From Candidatus Parcubacteria bacterium (lineage in GTDB: Bacteria; Patescibacteriota; Minisyncoccia; Phycocordibacterales; Phycocordibacteraceae): a stretch of DNA of 35,223 bases. Below the pieces are notes generated by a model. It ran no database searches. It worked only from the letters and a program-made list of their open reading frames with translations, and was not told the DNA's origin. Each line of letters opens with the position of its first letter. Within the stretch, counting starts at the first letter, position 1. The DNA lies in the NCBI GenBank assembly GCA_039798565.1, contig JBDKFU010000057.1, positions 1 to 35,223 on the forward strand, given 5' to 3'. Made by a program: the position numbers and the translations under genes. This document shows, in pieces, positions 19,265-27,139 of the stretch.

Positions 19265-20281
19265 ATGGCAAAGGTCTCTGTTGGTATCAACGGTTTTGGG
19301 CGCATTGGCCGCGCGTTTTTTAGATTGGCACAGGCGTCACCAGACGTTGAGGTGGTCGCCATAAATGACCTCGGAGAAGTGGAAGCAATGGCATATCTTT
19401 TGGAGCGCGACACGGTGTATGGTCGAGCGGCATTTACTGTTTCAGCAAAACCAGGTTTTCTGGTTGCTGGTGGTAGAGAAGTAAAAGTATTTGCAGAAAA
19501 AGATCCAAGCGCCATCCCGTGGGGCACCGTTGGTGCAAAAGTCGTTGTTGAATCTACCGGTGTATTCGATAGCTTTGAAAAAGCAAAAGCACATCTTACG
19601 GGTGGTGCGCTCCATGTCGTAATTTCTGCTCCTGCAAAAGATGCGGACACAAATTCTGAGGGTGCGACCGTGCTTATGGGGATTAATGAAGAAAAAATAA
19701 AGTCGTGCTCTGTCTCAGCAAATGCATCGTGCACGACGAACGCCGGCTCGCCACTTATGGCGATACTAGACGAAAAACTTGGTATCGAGCACGCACTTTT
19801 AAATACAACGCACGCGATGACCGCGAGTCAGTCCCTCGTCGACGGACATTCAAAGGGGAATATGCGCGAGTGGCGCGCAGCGGGTCACAACTTGGTGCCG
19901 ACCTCAACGGGTGCTGCAATTGCAGTCACTAAAGCACTGCCACAGCTTGCAAAAAAGTTTGACGGTATATCAGTGCGCGTTCCAGTGCTGGCTGGCTCGA
20001 TCGTTGATATCACATTTGTTTCAAAACGACCAACAACGGTTGAAGAGGTAAACGCCATACTCAGCACGGCCGCACTTGATGAGCGATGGAAGGGTATATT
20101 TGCAGTCACCAAAGAGCCATTAGTTTCGAGCGACATCGTGGGCAGACTTGAAGGTTCTATCGCAGATCTCTCACTCACTCGCGTTGTTGGCGGAACCCTG
20201 GTAAAGGTTATGGCTTGGTATGACAACGAGATGGGGTACGCGAGCACACTACTAAAACATGTCATCAGCGCCGGTAAATAA
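19265..20281 (+). CDS. gap: glyceraldehyde-3-phosphate dehydrogenase, type I
   Basis: INGFGRIGR NAD-binding motif. Catalytic block SANASCTTN. C-terminal WYDNEMGYA. ORF 19202 trimmed to ATG 19265. Confidence 0.92.
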   Translation: MAKVSVGINGFGRIGRAFFRLAQASPDVEVVAINDLGEVEAMAYLLERDTVYGRAAFTVSAKPGFLVAGGREVKVFAEKDPSAIPWGTVGAKVVVESTGVFDSFEKAKAHLTGGALHVVISAPAKDADTNSEGATVLMGINEEKIKSCSVSANASCTTNAGSPLMAILDEKLGIEHALLNTTHAMTASQSLVDGHSKGNMREWRAAGHNLVPTSTGAAIAVTKALPQLAKKFDGISVRVPVLAGSIVDITFVSKRPTTVEEVNAILSTAALDERWKGIFAVTKEPLVSSDIVGRLEGSIADLSLTRVVGGTLVKVMAWYDNEMGYASTLLKHVISAGK

Positions 20282-20729
20282 TTTTAGCGGGACGGTATAT
20301 CTCGCGTCGGATCACGCGGGGTACAAACTCAAAGAGAGTGTGCAAGATGCGCTCGGCGAAGCGGGATATATGATTCATGACTTGGGTCCGCATGAGTTTA
20401 ATCCTGATGACGATTATCCAGACTACATTTTCCCCGTTGCAGAAGCGATACACAAAGACCCACATGCACGAGCAATTATTTTTGGCATGAGCGGACAAGG
20501 GGAGGCGATGGCAGCTAATCGCATTAAGGGTGTGCGCGCCGCAGTCTACTATGGTGGACCGACGACGCTCATTAAATTGGCACGCGAGCACAATGATGCT
20601 AATGTTCTGTCACTTGCAGCAGAAGAACTCACCGACTCAGAAGCACTGCATGCGGCAAAGCTCTTTCTTGGTGCTTCTTTCTCGGGTGCAGAGCGGCATG
20701 CACGTCGCATAAAAAAGTTGGATGAATGA
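20259..20729 (+). CDS. rpiB: ribose-5-phosphate isomerase B (Glu-base, actinobacterial type)
   Basis: ASDHAGYKLKE. Reads GMSGQGEAMAANR where the E. coli type has CGTGIGMSIAAN, resembling the M. tuberculosis-type GGSGNGE. Confidence 0.8.
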   Translation: MSSAPVNNFSGTVYLASDHAGYKLKESVQDALGEAGYMIHDLGPHEFNPDDDYPDYIFPVAEAIHKDPHARAIIFGMSGQGEAMAANRIKGVRAAVYYGGPTTLIKLAREHNDANVLSLAAEELTDSEALHAAKLFLGASFSGAERHARRIKKLDE

Positions 20730-21399
20730 AATTATCCCCGCAGTACTAGAAGACTCGTATGATGCGGTGTCTGACCGGCTCGCTGCGCTCTCGGGCGACT
20801 ACGCACAGCCACTTACCGTGCAAATTGATGTGTGCGATGGCCAGTTTGTAAAACGCCGAACGTGGCCATTCTACCCCCGTGACCGTGCGCGCTTTGCACA
20901 AATTGTGAAGGGGGATGAGGGGCTCCCGCAGTGGCAGGATTTTAATTTTCAAATTGACTTGATGGTGCAGGAGCCCGAGAGTCATATTTCGTCTTGGCTT
21001 GCTGCGGGGGCGTCTTCTGTAGTCGTTCACCTCGAGAGCCGTCATGATTGGGCGGCCGTTATGGATACAGTGGGTGGTGCGGTCGAACTTGGCCTCGCCA
21101 TCGATCTTGATCCGCCGTGGGAGCGGGTGCACGCTGCACTCGTGCGCGTAGATTTTATTCAAATCATGGGGATAGCACATCTTGGTGTCCAGGGTGAAGA
21201 GCTTGATGATCGTGTGTATGACGTCATCAAAAAAATCCGTGCCGAGTTTCCTGATGCTACTATTCAGATAGATGGCGGCGTTCGCCTCGACAATGCTGGC
21301 ACACTACTTGATGCCGGCGCTGATCGGTTAATAGTTGGTTCTGGTATTGTGCACGCCAATTCGCCACGTCAAGCACTGAAGGATTTTCAAAACGTATAA
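20722..21399 (+). CDS. ribulose-phosphate 3-epimerase family (beta/alpha)8 protein, divergent
   Basis: QIDVCDGQFV, IDLMVQEP and IQIDGGV...GADRLIVGSGI align with the Rpe blocks HxDvMDGhFV, vHLMV and vDGG...GAD..VaGSa. Confidence 0.6.
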   Translation: MNEIIPAVLEDSYDAVSDRLAALSGDYAQPLTVQIDVCDGQFVKRRTWPFYPRDRARFAQIVKGDEGLPQWQDFNFQIDLMVQEPESHISSWLAAGASSVVVHLESRHDWAAVMDTVGGAVELGLAIDLDPPWERVHAALVRVDFIQIMGIAHLGVQGEELDDRVYDVIKKIRAEFPDATIQIDGGVRLDNAGTLLDAGADRLIVGSGIVHANSPRQALKDFQNV

Positions 21400-21401
21400 C
21401 C

Positions 21402-22262
21402 ATGGCATACCTCACAGAAGAAAAAGAACTAATACTTTCACAAAAGGCTCGAGCAGTACGTGAGACGCTTATTCAAATGTTGGTTGCAGCGGGGAGTGGG
21501 CACACGGCGGGCCCGTTGGGCATGGCTGATATTTTTGTTGCGCTCTATTTTCATATTTTAAATCACGATGCTAAAAAGCCAGAATGGCCGGAGCGCGACA
21601 GGCTCGTCCTATCAAACGGTCACATCACGCCGATTCGCTACGCCACTATGGCGCATGCAGGCTACTTTCCAATCGAAGAAACACTAACGCTGAGAAAGTT
21701 TGGCTCACGACTTCAGGGCCACCCTGAGCGAGAGCGGCTACCTGGTCTTGAGACTACATCAGGACCACTTGGCTCTGGATTGTCCCAAGCTGCGGGCATT
21801 GCATATGCAGCGCGCATGGATGGTGCCAAGTTTAGAACATACTGTTTGATGAGTGATGGAGAACAGCAGTGCGGTAACACGTGGGAGGCTGCTATGTGGG
21901 CAGGGAACAACAAGCTCAGAAATCTCACCGCCATTATCGACAGAAATAATATTCAGATTAATGGCATGACCGAGAACGTGATGCCGCTCGAGCCACTTCG
22001 CGATAAGTACGAGGCGTTTGGCTGGCATGTTATCGAGATAGACGGACATAACTTTGAAGAAATTGTCGACGCATGCGAAAAAGCGAAAGCGATCTTTGAA
22101 AAACCAACGCTCATACTCGCACACACCATCCCGGGGAAGGGGGTGCCAGAAATTGAGTTTGATTTTCATTGGCATGGCAAACCGCCAAAGAAAGAAGAGG
22201 CAGAACGATTCTTAAAAGAAATCCGCACTGCGGGCGGTAAAGTGGAGGGTGAATACGCATAA
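21402..22262 (+). CDS. tkt: transketolase, N-terminal (TPP-binding) subunit
   Basis: GSGHTAGPLGMADIFVALYFH, RDRLVLSNGH and GPLGSGLSQAAG motifs. 286 aa, the split form. Confidence 0.9.
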   Translation: MAYLTEEKELILSQKARAVRETLIQMLVAAGSGHTAGPLGMADIFVALYFHILNHDAKKPEWPERDRLVLSNGHITPIRYATMAHAGYFPIEETLTLRKFGSRLQGHPERERLPGLETTSGPLGSGLSQAAGIAYAARMDGAKFRTYCLMSDGEQQCGNTWEAAMWAGNNKLRNLTAIIDRNNIQINGMTENVMPLEPLRDKYEAFGWHVIEIDGHNFEEIVDACEKAKAIFEKPTLILAHTIPGKGVPEIEFDFHWHGKPPKKEEAERFLKEIRTAGGKVEGEYA

Positions 22263-22265
22263 GCC

Positions 22266-22856
22266 ATGGAGGACTACAAAACGTATGTCGCGATCGCTTC
22301 AATCATCATTGGAGTGGTTGCGTATATTCCGTATTATCGCGATGTGTTTAAGGGTAATACCAAACCACATTTGTACTCTTGGATTATTTGGGGGTTGTTG
22401 CAGGGCATCGCTTTTTTCGCTCAAGTTGCTACGGGTGCTGGGGTGGGGGCATGGCTCACGGGCGTCGGCGCGCTCCAAGCTTTCAGTATCGTTGGACTCT
22501 CATTCTTTTATGGCGAAAAGGGGATTACGCGACTCGACACGTTCAGTCTCATTGGCGCATTTATTGGTATCGCGGTATGGATAGTAACTGACAATCCGCT
22601 CTACGCGCTTATCATCGCAGTAGTTGTTGATAGTATTGGATACATACCTACATTTAGAAAGTCGTATGCAAAGCCGAAAGAAGAGACACTGAGCTTCTGG
22701 GCAGCAGTTACGTTTGTGTATTTCTTTAACATGCTCGCGCTTGAATCATATAATCTCACCACTGTGCTGCAGCCTATTGTGCTCGGTCTGGTGTCAGGCG
22801 CACTTCTTATCTGGCTCATAGTCCGCCGTCTACAGTTGAAGGGCAGTACAATATAG
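22266..22856 (+). CDS. 7-TM membrane protein with an internal 3+1+3 duplication (PQ-loop/SWEET-like by topology)
   Basis: Seven hydrophobic segments. Repeat motifs AYIPYYRDVFKGNTKPHLYSW (after TM1) and GYIPTFRKSYAKPKEETLSFW (after TM5). Confidence 0.6.
   Translation: MEDYKTYVAIASIIIGVVAYIPYYRDVFKGNTKPHLYSWIIWGLLQGIAFFAQVATGAGVGAWLTGVGALQAFSIVGLSFFYGEKGITRLDTFSLIGAFIGIAVWIVTDNPLYALIIAVVVDSIGYIPTFRKSYAKPKEETLSFWAAVTFVYFFNMLALESYNLTTVLQPIVLGLVSGALLIWLIVRRLQLKGSTI
22847..22852 (+). promoter_or_regulatory. -10 box TACAAT, possible internal leaderless promoter for the transketolase C subunit
   Basis: Lies 6 nt before ATG 22859, inside the 3' end of the 7-TM gene. Confidence 0.35.
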
Positions 22857-22858
22857 AT

Positions 22859-23848
22859 ATGCTGAACGTAGATGCAAAACTAAATCCAAAAGTACTCGAC
22901 GCTGACGTCGAGGCGGCGCTGATGCGCGACGGGTTTGGTACGGGCGTTGTTGAAGCGGGGACTAAAGATAAGCGTGTTGTCGTACTCTGCGCTGATCTTG
23001 CAGAATCTACTCGTGCAGAATGGTTTCAAAAAAAGTTTCCTGAGCGGTATATCGAGATGGGTGTGGCAGAGCAAAATCTTGCAGCGGTTGCAAGTGGTAT
23101 GGCGAACTATGGAAAAATCCCCTTCATCACTTCTTATGCTGCATTCTCGCCCGGAAGAAATAACGAACAGATACGCACAACCATAAGCATCAATAATGTG
23201 CCAGTGAAAATCTGCGGTATGCATGCAGGCGTATCGGTTGGACCCGATGGTGCGACGCATCAGGCGCTCGAGGATATTGGGCTCATGCGTATGCAGCCGC
23301 ATATGGTTGTCGTCGTGCCGTCAGATATGGAAGAAGCAAGAAAAGCGACAAACGCTATCGCGTTTAATAACGCACCGTCATACATTCGTTTTGGTCGCGA
23401 GAAAACTCCCGTTATAACCACGACTGAAACTCCGTTTGAAATAGGGAAGGCATACTATCTTTGGCGCGATGAGTCGCCACAGGTCGCCATCATAGGTTGT
23501 GGCTCACTATTGCACGAGGCGCTTAAAGCAGCGAAGGCATTGTCTGATACAGGGGTGCGTGTGTCAGTACTCAATTCGCACAGCATAAAGCCGTTAGACA
23601 CGGTGACTATACTTGAAGCAGCGAGCGAGGCAGGGCGTGTTGTTGTGGTTGAAGAGCATCAAGCGGCGGGCGGGCTCGGGAGTGCAGTCGCAGAATTTCT
23701 TTCTCAGGTGCATCCTGTGCCTATGGAGTTTGTTGCTGTTCGCGACCGATTTGGCCAGTCTGGCACCATGGCTGAGCTCTACAAGGAGTACGGACTAGAT
23801 TCGACGGCCATAGTCGCTGCGGTTGATAAAATACTGAAAAGAACATAG
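22859..23848 (+). CDS. tkt: transketolase, C-terminal (pyrimidine-binding) subunit
   Basis: GVAEQNLAAVASGMA, GPDGATHQALEDIGLMR and GQSG motifs. 329 aa. Confidence 0.9.
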   Translation: MLNVDAKLNPKVLDADVEAALMRDGFGTGVVEAGTKDKRVVVLCADLAESTRAEWFQKKFPERYIEMGVAEQNLAAVASGMANYGKIPFITSYAAFSPGRNNEQIRTTISINNVPVKICGMHAGVSVGPDGATHQALEDIGLMRMQPHMVVVVPSDMEEARKATNAIAFNNAPSYIRFGREKTPVITTTETPFEIGKAYYLWRDESPQVAIIGCGSLLHEALKAAKALSDTGVRVSVLNSHSIKPLDTVTILEAASEAGRVVVVEEHQAAGGLGSAVAEFLSQVHPVPMEFVAVRDRFGQSGTMAELYKEYGLDSTAIVAAVDKILKRT

Positions 23849-23851
23849 TAT
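23846..23851 (+). promoter_or_regulatory. -10 box TAGTAT, possible leaderless promoter for cfa
   Basis: Overlaps the tkt stop codon. Lies 6 nt before ATG 23858. Confidence 0.35.
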
Positions 23852-23857
23852 TCGCCC

Positions 23858-24976
23858 ATGACGGGGGCGGAACGGAAAGTGCGAGAGCTTTTTGCACAAG
23901 CAGGGGTGACCGTTGATGGCCCAAACCCATGGGATATCCGCGTGCATGACAAGCGTTTTTATCGCAGTGTACTGGCCGGCGGGACGTTGGCCGCGGGGGA
24001 GTCCTATATGGACGGCTGGTGGGATGTGGACGACATGGCCGAGCTTGTTAATCGTCTCTTTCGGGCTGGGTTTAACTACACCGCTTTGGTGAATATTCGT
24101 ACGATAGGCTACTTCATATCGAGCTGGTTGTTCAATATGCAGAACAAACACCGTGCGTTTGAGGTGGGCGAAAAGCACTACGATGTGGGCAACGATTTGT
24201 ACGCTGCCATGCTTGATAGCCGTATGACCTATACCTGTGGGTATTGGAAAGAAGCACGTAGTCTTGAAGAGGCACAGAAGGCAAAACTTGACCTTATATG
24301 CAAAAAAATTGGACTCAAGAGTGGCGACCGAGTCTTAGACATTGGTGGGGGATGGGGGAGTTTTGCAGGATACGCAGCAGAAAAATATGGTGCATCAGTT
24401 GTCGCCATTACCGTTTCTAAAGAACAGGCTGCGCTGGGTCGCGAGCGCACTCAGGGACTCCCCGTCGAGATCCGCGTGCAGGACTATCGTGATGTGTCGG
24501 ATGGGCCCTATGATCACATCGTCTCTATTGGCATGTTTGAGCATGTAGGGTATAGAAACTATCGAACCTATATGAAAAAAGCTCACGCGCTTTTAAAGGA
24601 TGGTGGCTATTTTCTTTTGCATACAATAGGCTCGAACAAGTCTGTTCGAGCCGGTAGCCCCTGGCTTGATAAGTACATCTTTCCAAACGGGATGCTCCCG
24701 TCAGTTGCACAAATCGGTCGCGCTGCAGAACGATTGTTCGTCATTGAGGATTGGCAGAATTTTGGTCCAGACTATGATAGAACGCTGATGGAGTGGTATA
24801 GAAACTTTGATCGGTCACTCATCAACGTTGCAAAGCACTATACGCCGCGTTTCTATCGCATGTGGCGGTTCTATCTTCTGTCTTGTGCGGGAACATTTCG
24901 TGCGCGCTACTGTCAGCTCTGGCAGATAGTACTTGCAAAGCGTCCGCGGCCTGCGCGATACGACGCACCTCGATAG
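23858..24976 (+). CDS. cfa: cyclopropane-fatty-acyl-phospholipid synthase
   Basis: HYDVGNDLYAAMLDSRMTYTCGYW, SAM motif VLDIGGGWGSF, and FEHVG. Confidence 0.9.
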   Translation: MTGAERKVRELFAQAGVTVDGPNPWDIRVHDKRFYRSVLAGGTLAAGESYMDGWWDVDDMAELVNRLFRAGFNYTALVNIRTIGYFISSWLFNMQNKHRAFEVGEKHYDVGNDLYAAMLDSRMTYTCGYWKEARSLEEAQKAKLDLICKKIGLKSGDRVLDIGGGWGSFAGYAAEKYGASVVAITVSKEQAALGRERTQGLPVEIRVQDYRDVSDGPYDHIVSIGMFEHVGYRNYRTYMKKAHALLKDGGYFLLHTIGSNKSVRAGSPWLDKYIFPNGMLPSVAQIGRAAERLFVIEDWQNFGPDYDRTLMEWYRNFDRSLINVAKHYTPRFYRMWRFYLLSCAGTFRARYCQLWQIVLAKRPRPARYDAPR

Positions 24977-25000
24977 GGTATACTAATACGTACACGCCCT

Positions 25001-25636
25001 ATGGACGCACTTGTTAGTCTTTTGCCAGTCACACTGTTTGGCTGGGTGGTACAGCTTGCAATCAGTATCCCTGTCGCGCTCGTGGTGATCTCTTTTGGTG
25101 AGTACATCATGCATGCGTGGTTTATGCACCGCCGGTTTTTACCCGAGTGGGCGTATACCGTTTTTCCGGGGTTAGCGCGCACTATTTATGAGCACAGAGG
25201 ACTGCATCACGATACGTACTTCAAGCAGTTTAATCACGAACCTGACCCCGTTGGGAGGCATGTAAACATGTACATTAAGTGGAAGACGACGTTGTCAGGT
25301 GCAATACTGGTCGGCGCACTTTTTTCTTTCATAGGAGTATTTATTGGAACGCTGGTGCCCGCGATAGTCTTTTTTGTTCTCATGGTACTGCACCGCTATG
25401 CGTGGAATACACTCCACCCCGAGATGCACAACCCACGTCACCCGTGGTGGACGAAATATACCGCATACAAGTACCTCGCTCGCTATCACTACCTCCATCA
25501 CTACCTCCATCACAAGGGTATTCGCATGAATTATAATATTGTCGTGCCGTGCGCCGACTTTGTCCTCGGTCGCCACGCACACATCTTGGACGAACAAAAC
25601 ATTAAAGAAGTAAAAGAGTACGGCTATTGGTACTAA
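25001..25636 (+). CDS. membrane di-iron fatty acid hydroxylase/desaturase superfamily protein
   Basis: His boxes HAWFMH, HRGLHH and HHYLHH with hydrophobic segments. TATACT at 24979-24984 lies 16 nt upstream, implying a short leader. Confidence 0.7.
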   Translation: MDALVSLLPVTLFGWVVQLAISIPVALVVISFGEYIMHAWFMHRRFLPEWAYTVFPGLARTIYEHRGLHHDTYFKQFNHEPDPVGRHVNMYIKWKTTLSGAILVGALFSFIGVFIGTLVPAIVFFVLMVLHRYAWNTLHPEMHNPRHPWWTKYTAYKYLARYHYLHHYLHHKGIRMNYNIVVPCADFVLGRHAHILDEQNIKEVKEYGYWY

Positions 25637-25639
25637 ACC

Positions 25640-25837
25640 ATGCACAATCCTAAAGTAAACGCACCGCTCTTCGGACTCATTATTTTGGCACTGTTTGCTC
25701 TTGCCTATGCACTCATCATTGGGCGAGAGGGGGACGTGCTAGAAGACACCTACAAAATGACACCGGACACCATCAACAACATCCATAACGTCAACGACCA
25801 ACTTCGCGAAGAGGGTTTTGAGCCAAAAGAAATCTGA
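25640..25837 (+). CDS. small single-TM protein
   Basis: 65 aa with one hydrophobic helix (LFGLIILALFALAYALII). The start is 3 nt after the previous stop. Confidence 0.45.
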   Translation: MHNPKVNAPLFGLIILALFALAYALIIGREGDVLEDTYKMTPDTINNIHNVNDQLREEGFEPKEI

Positions 25838-25840
25838 TAG

Positions 25841-25869
25841 TTGACCCATACTCTTGAGTCGTGTAAGGT
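25841..25869 (+). promoter_or_regulatory. sigma70-like promoter TTGACC-17 nt-TAAGGT, leaderless
   Basis: -35 box at 25841-25846, 17-nt spacer, -10 box at 25864-25869, then 6 nt to ATG 25876. Confidence 0.55.
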
Positions 25870-25875
25870 ATCGAC

Positions 25876-26139
25876 ATGGGACGAAAAAGTAATCATGAAG
25901 TTAATGGGCCAGGAGAAATCCCGTCCAGTTGGCCGTCAGAGAAAATTGCCGCAAAACTCGATGAGCATAGTGGGAGACGAAGAGCTGCAACACGAGTCGC
26001 GTGGGGGATTCGCTCACAGATTAACGCATTAAAAAAACAACAAAAACAGATTCGCGAGCTTTCCGCTGAGCACCGCTGGTTAGTCGATAGTGCAAAGCTT
26101 GCGCTAGAAGCTAAAGGCGCTACTGAGCCAAAGCGTTAA
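25876..26139 (+). CDS. hypothetical basic 87-aa protein
   Basis: The start sits at the position this full promoter predicts for the transcription start. Its 3' end overlaps the convergent kinase gene by 20 nt. Confidence 0.5.
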   Translation: MGRKSNHEVNGPGEIPSSWPSEKIAAKLDEHSGRRRAATRVAWGIRSQINALKKQQKQIRELSAEHRWLVDSAKLALEAKGATEPKR

Positions 26140-27103
26140 AAAGCGATTCGAGCTTTTCTTTTTTTAAAAGTCCGCGTTGAGCGCCAATGTCTTGGACAAC
26201 ATAAGCCGCGTTAATGAGTCCACGCTGCATCGCGTCTTTTAATGTGACGCCACCCATCGTCATATATGCAGCAACCGTTGAACAAAAAGCATCACCGGCG
26301 CCGGTACGCTCTATAGGTGGGTTAGGGTCCTTGTACATAGGTAAGTTAAAGGTAGTACCGTCTGCTTGGAGTGCGTACGCACCATTTTTATCATCAGTGA
26401 TGATGACATTCTTGGGACCCAGTGCAGCGAGGCCGGCTAGAAGTGGTGGTATATCGTCGGCGGTATCAGGGAGGCCCAAGACACGCTGTGCCTCTTCCTT
26501 GTTCACCACATACAAGTCAGCACGAGAGTACAATCGCTTTAGTCGTTCGACCCCCACCTTGATATCAAACACGCCAGGTTGAAAGGCGAAAAAAGTGTTT
26601 GGGTGTTGATGTAAATATTCCGCCAGCTCGTCTCGGTAGGGGAGCGCCTTCTCACCAATCGATGAAAAATAAATTGTTTTTGGCTCGGGCAAATCGTGGG
26701 GGAAGGTGTACTCGTACTCGTTTTGATGCACGAGAATGGTGCGTTCGTCCTCGTACCATAAGACATAGTGATAGTTAGTAGGAACCGCGGGCTGCTGAGT
26801 AACATACCCGGTATCAATATTCTCCGTTTTAAAATACTCGACTATCTTATCGCCATTGCTATCTTTCCCGATGTTGGTGATATGTGCGACGGAGAGACCA
26901 AGTCTTGCAGCTGACACTGCTGCATTTGCAGCATTACCGACGCCATATACGATAGTCGAGGATTCAAAAGGTACCTTGTCACCAAAGCGCACGCATAGTT
27001 CGCACTCCTCGTGATTGACTTTGCAGTGTACTGCCGCATCTTTGAGTCTAATAAAATCGTCCACGACAGTGTCTCCAACTGTCACAAAGTCCATATTTTT
27101 CAT
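26120..27103 (-). CDS. PfkB-family carbohydrate/nucleoside kinase
   Basis: N-terminal GDTVVDDF, GNAANAAV, and the C-terminal anion-hole motif TGAGDAF. Confidence 0.85.
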   Translation of the reverse strand: MKNMDFVTVGDTVVDDFIRLKDAAVHCKVNHEECELCVRFGDKVPFESSTIVYGVGNAANAAVSAARLGLSVAHITNIGKDSNGDKIVEYFKTENIDTGYVTQQPAVPTNYHYVLWYEDERTILVHQNEYEYTFPHDLPEPKTIYFSSIGEKALPYRDELAEYLHQHPNTFFAFQPGVFDIKVGVERLKRLYSRADLYVVNKEEAQRVLGLPDTADDIPPLLAGLAALGPKNVIITDDKNGAYALQADGTTFNLPMYKDPNPPIERTGAGDAFCSTVAAYMTMGGVTLKDAMQRGLINAAYVVQDIGAQRGLLKKEKLESLFNALAQ

Positions 27104-27109
27104 ACGTTT

Positions 27110-27115
27110 AGTATA
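27110..27115 (-). promoter_or_regulatory. -10 box TATACT (minus strand), leaderless promoter for the kinase
   Basis: Minus strand reads TATACT aaacgt ATG, with the A of the ATG at 27103. Confidence 0.5.
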
Positions 27116-27127
27116 TCGTATCTCGTG

Positions 27128-27133
27128 TACTAT
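27128..27133 (+). promoter_or_regulatory. -10 box TACTAT, leaderless promoter for the FAD oxidase
   Basis: Lies 6 nt before ATG 27140. Shares the 36-bp intergenic region with the divergent box. Confidence 0.45.
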
Positions 27134-27139
27134 AGATGT

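Noticed and set aside
25841-26032. Alternative 63-aa ORF starting at TTG 25841.
   Set aside because: Its TTG is the first triplet of a TTGACC -35 box that, with TAAGGT 17 nt later, points to ATG 25876 in another frame. I therefore kept the 25876-26139 ORF.
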